Source: Mobula birostris
Lineage: Eukaryota
Assembly (NCBI RefSeq): GCF_030028105.1
Contig: NC_092378.1
Location: 113,759,731 to 113,823,730 of the forward strand
Direction: 5' to 3'
DNA: 64,000 bases
Under the pieces are notes generated by a model. It worked only from the letters and a program-made list of their open reading frames with translations, was not told where the DNA came from and made no database searches. Positions 60,554 to 64,000 of this stretch are shown in pieces (the stretch's first letter is position 1; every line of letters begins with the position of its first letter). The translations under genes and the position numbers were made by a program.

Positions 60554-62287
60554 GTAGTTCAAGTGCTTAATCCAGAATTTTTCTGTAATTTAAAAATATT
60601 ATATGGGAAATAATTGCCTTATTTTAAAACATCTTTTTTCAAACTTAAAACAAAAACAGTGATCTATTTGGATGAATGAAAACTTCTGATGTAATATTTG
60701 CCAATCCCAAACTCCATGTTGGAAGTCGGAGAGAACAGAGAAAATTGCAACATTCCTTCTTCTGAGCTTTACCAACATTCCCATTATGATTCAGAAACAA
60801 CTGTGTACTCTGAAACACTCATCATCATTATGTGCTGTGTCATAGGACATGGGCAATCGTGGTTTATGACCTTGATTGTTCTTGGCAAATCCTACAGAAG
60901 TGGTTTGCCATTGTCTTCTTCTGGGCAGTGTCTTCATAAGATGGATGACCCCAGCCATTAACAATACTCTTCAGAGACTGTCTGCCTGGTGTCAGTGGCT
61001 GCACAACCAGGACTTGTGATATGCACCAGCTGCTCATACCTGACACACTCGTTGCTATATTAGTAGATCCTAGAATGTCTTGGGGGATTATTCATTCTGA
61101 CAATATATGTTAAAAACAAGCTGCTGGAGGAACTCAGCTGGTCTGGCAACATCTGTGGGGAGAGAAGGATAGTCAATATTTACAGGTCAAGCACCTTCAT
61201 CTGGACTCATCTATCCCTCCACAGATGCTGCCTAATCTGCAGAGTTCCTCAATATTTTGTTTATTTTTGCTCCATAGTTCAGCACCTATAGATTATGCTG
61301 TCTCCAATATATTATGTTAACTTTGGTTAAGGTTCTTAGGAAGATAGTTGCACAGTCTACATTCAGCACTGTAAGTGACTACAGAAGGGAAAGTATATGT
61401 TATTCAGGCTGAAGATCAAAAAGGTAATCGAGCTATGGCACCTCCAGTTATGCTCCAGCTTCAGAAACGATGACTCATGTTCAGGTGACAATAGATGAAA
61501 GAAGGAAGTCTATCAGTTAGAATGAAAATTTTTCATATAAAATTGCAGATGAGTCCTTCCTTCTTCAACTTGCACTTGAATTTGAAATACGATTGAGATA
61601 CTTGCTGAAAACTTCCTCCCCGCCTCTTAAACTTGTAGCCATTATTTACCTGTGTATGTTCATTGGCAAAGGTTATACCTTAGTTATATTAAAAAGTATA
61701 TCGGCCCTTGCCCTTCCCTTGGACAACATTGGTGTCATGGAGAGGGGAGACTTGCAGCATGGGCAACTGCTGGTCTTCCATACAGCCTTGCCCAGGCCTG
61801 CTTCCTGGAGAGTGAAGACTTTCTTGGCACAGATCCATGGTCTCGCAAGACTAACGGATTGTGAAAACTTCCTGTACCATATCATAGGAAGGCTTATGGC
61901 CTTCATGACCTTGACTCCAATCGAAACTGTGAGGAGATATTATATAGACCAAATTGTAGAGCCCAAGCTCTAAAATATCATGAGATGACTTGATCAAAGC
62001 TTCCCTGACATTAAGGGAAGCTTAAAGGGTGGAAAGGGAGAAATCTTTTATTTATTATTTGGGGAGTGATACTCGACCTATAAAGGAACACTTCTATAAA
62101 GTGCTGGACGAGGTTGGGGTTTTCTTCCACAGACAATCCATCTTCAGTTTCCTTCCTAAGGGGTTAGGATGGATTCATGGAGGATCCCAGAATTTTGGGC
62201 AAGGGTAAAAATAAAGTGGTTAATGAAACATGAAAACTGATCCTAATGCTTTGAAGAATGGATGGGATTGTTATGAATAAACATTAA

Positions 62288-64000
62288 ATATAGAAGAGTA
62301 CAGGACTGGAACATCACCTTCGGCCCACAATATTACGCTAAACCAAAGAAATTAGTAACCAAATGACCAATGAAACTAATCCCTTAATGCCTACACAATG
62401 TTCATATCCCTCCATTTTCCTCACATTCCTGTACCTATCTAGAAGTCTCTTAAAAGTCCCTAATGTACTCCCCTCTACCACCTCCCAGGCAGCACATTCC
62501 AGGCATCCATCACTCTGTTTAAAAACTTGCCTCTCACATCGCCTTTGAAGTTACCCCCTCTCACCTTAAATGCATATCCTCTGTTATTAGACATTTCGAC
62601 CTTGGGGAAAAATATATTGTCTGTCTGCTCTATCTATAATCTTATAAATCGCTATCAGAATTCCCCTCAGCCTTTGCCTCTCAAGAGAAAACAACCCAAG
62701 TTTGTCCAATCTCTTGATATAGCACATGGCCTCTAATCCAGACAGAATCAGTGTGAACCTCTTCTGCACCCCTCCAAAGCCTCAACATCTTTCCTTTAAG
62801 ATGGTGACCAGAACAGTATGCAATTCTCCAGTTTCAGCCTAACTAGAGTTTTATAAAGCTGCAATGTAACTTCCTAGCATTTGAACTCAATACCTTGACA
62901 AAAAAGGCAAGTGTACCAAATTCCTTCTTAACCACCCTATCAACCTGTGTAGCCTCTTTCAGGGAGCCATGCACTTGGACCCCAAGATCCCTCTGCTCAT
63001 CAACACTGTTAAAGGTCTTGCCCTTAACAGTGTGCTGTCTCTTTACATTTGACCTACTAAGGTGTAATACTTCACATTTGGCCAGGAAAGCTCCATTTGC
63101 CATTTCTCTGTCCTTATCTTCAACTGTTCCATATCCTGTTGTATTCTTTGCCAGTCTTCTACAGTATGCACATCACCACCAATTTTATACCATTTGCAAA
63201 CTTACTAACCCACCTATCTACATTTTCATCGAGGCCATTTATATAAATTACAGACAGCAGAGGTCCCAGTAGAGATCCCTGTAGAACACCACTAATCACA
63301 GACCTCTGGCTAGAATAATTCCCTTCGACCACCACCTTCTGTCTTCCATGAGTAAGCCAGTTCTGAATCAATTCACCATGGATCCCATGCATCTTAATCT
63401 TTTGGATGGGCCTCTCATGAGGGAGCTTGTCAAACATCTTCCTAAAATCCATATAGACAACACCCACAGCTCTAGCTTCATGAATCACCGTTGTCACCTT
63501 GTCAAAAAACTCAATCGAGTTAGGAAGACACGGCTCTGCACAAAGCCACATTGGCTGTCCTTAATTAGCCCCTGATTCTCCAAATGATCATAAATCCTAT
63601 CCCTAATAATTCTCTCCAGTAACTTCCCCAGCACTGATTTAAGACTTGCTGGTCTATAGTTTCTAGAATTATCCCTGGTTCTCTTCTTAAACAATGGAAC
63701 AACATTAGCTACTTGCCAGTTCCCTGAAACATCACTTGTGGTTGGAGAGAGCACAAAGATATTGGTCAAGGCCCCAGCAATCTCTTCACTTGCTTCTGCC
63801 AGTAACCTAAGGGTATATCCCATCTGGCCCGGGAGACTCATCCACCTTCATATTCCTTAAGAGGTCCAGCACTTCCTTCTTCTTTCTTTCGACATGCCCT
63901 AGCATACTAGTAACCTTGGCACTGATCTCACTGCCCTTCACATCCTTCTTGGTTAATAGTTGATCCTTTGCCTACAAGCAGATTATCCACCTTTGATCCC
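62288..64000 (-). mobile_element. CR1 LINE (runs off the window)
   Basis: NVVPLFKK..NYRPASL, VYMDFRKMFDKLPH, GVLQGSLLGPLL, RDLGVQV, LGLFSLERQRLRG. Confidence 0.9.

Noticed and set aside
60825-61920. Small ORFs (e.g. 61593-61973) as novel genes
   Set aside because: They overlap RTE/SINE-like repeat remnants inside an RPL3L intron and show no exon structure or recognisable domain.

Overview
Vertebrate nuclear DNA, most likely a cartilaginous fish such as a ray. This is inferred from the Penelope/CR1/V-SINE/Rex1 repeat landscape and not proven. The window covers the conserved RPS2-NDUFB10-RPL3L block. It holds complete RPS2 (+, 7 coding exons, 279 aa, two GC-AG introns), complete NDUFB10 (-, 4 exons, 174 aa) and the 5' half of RPL3L (+). 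An intron-containing RPS2 pseudo-copy lies at the left edge, and a probable SNHG9-like non-coding gene runs divergently from the RPS2 promoter. Much of the rest is decayed mobile DNA (Penelope-like, CR1, Rex1/Babar, L1, Nimb/I, Gypsy, Tc1, pogo/Tigger, hAT, Harbinger, V-SINE), often nested and with readable target-site duplications. The most notable signal is a minimal type-I hammerhead ribozyme motif in the Penelope termini, together with tiny TSD-flanked fold-back derivatives, one of which pivots at that motif. All calls were made by eye, and TE boundaries without TSDs are approximate.
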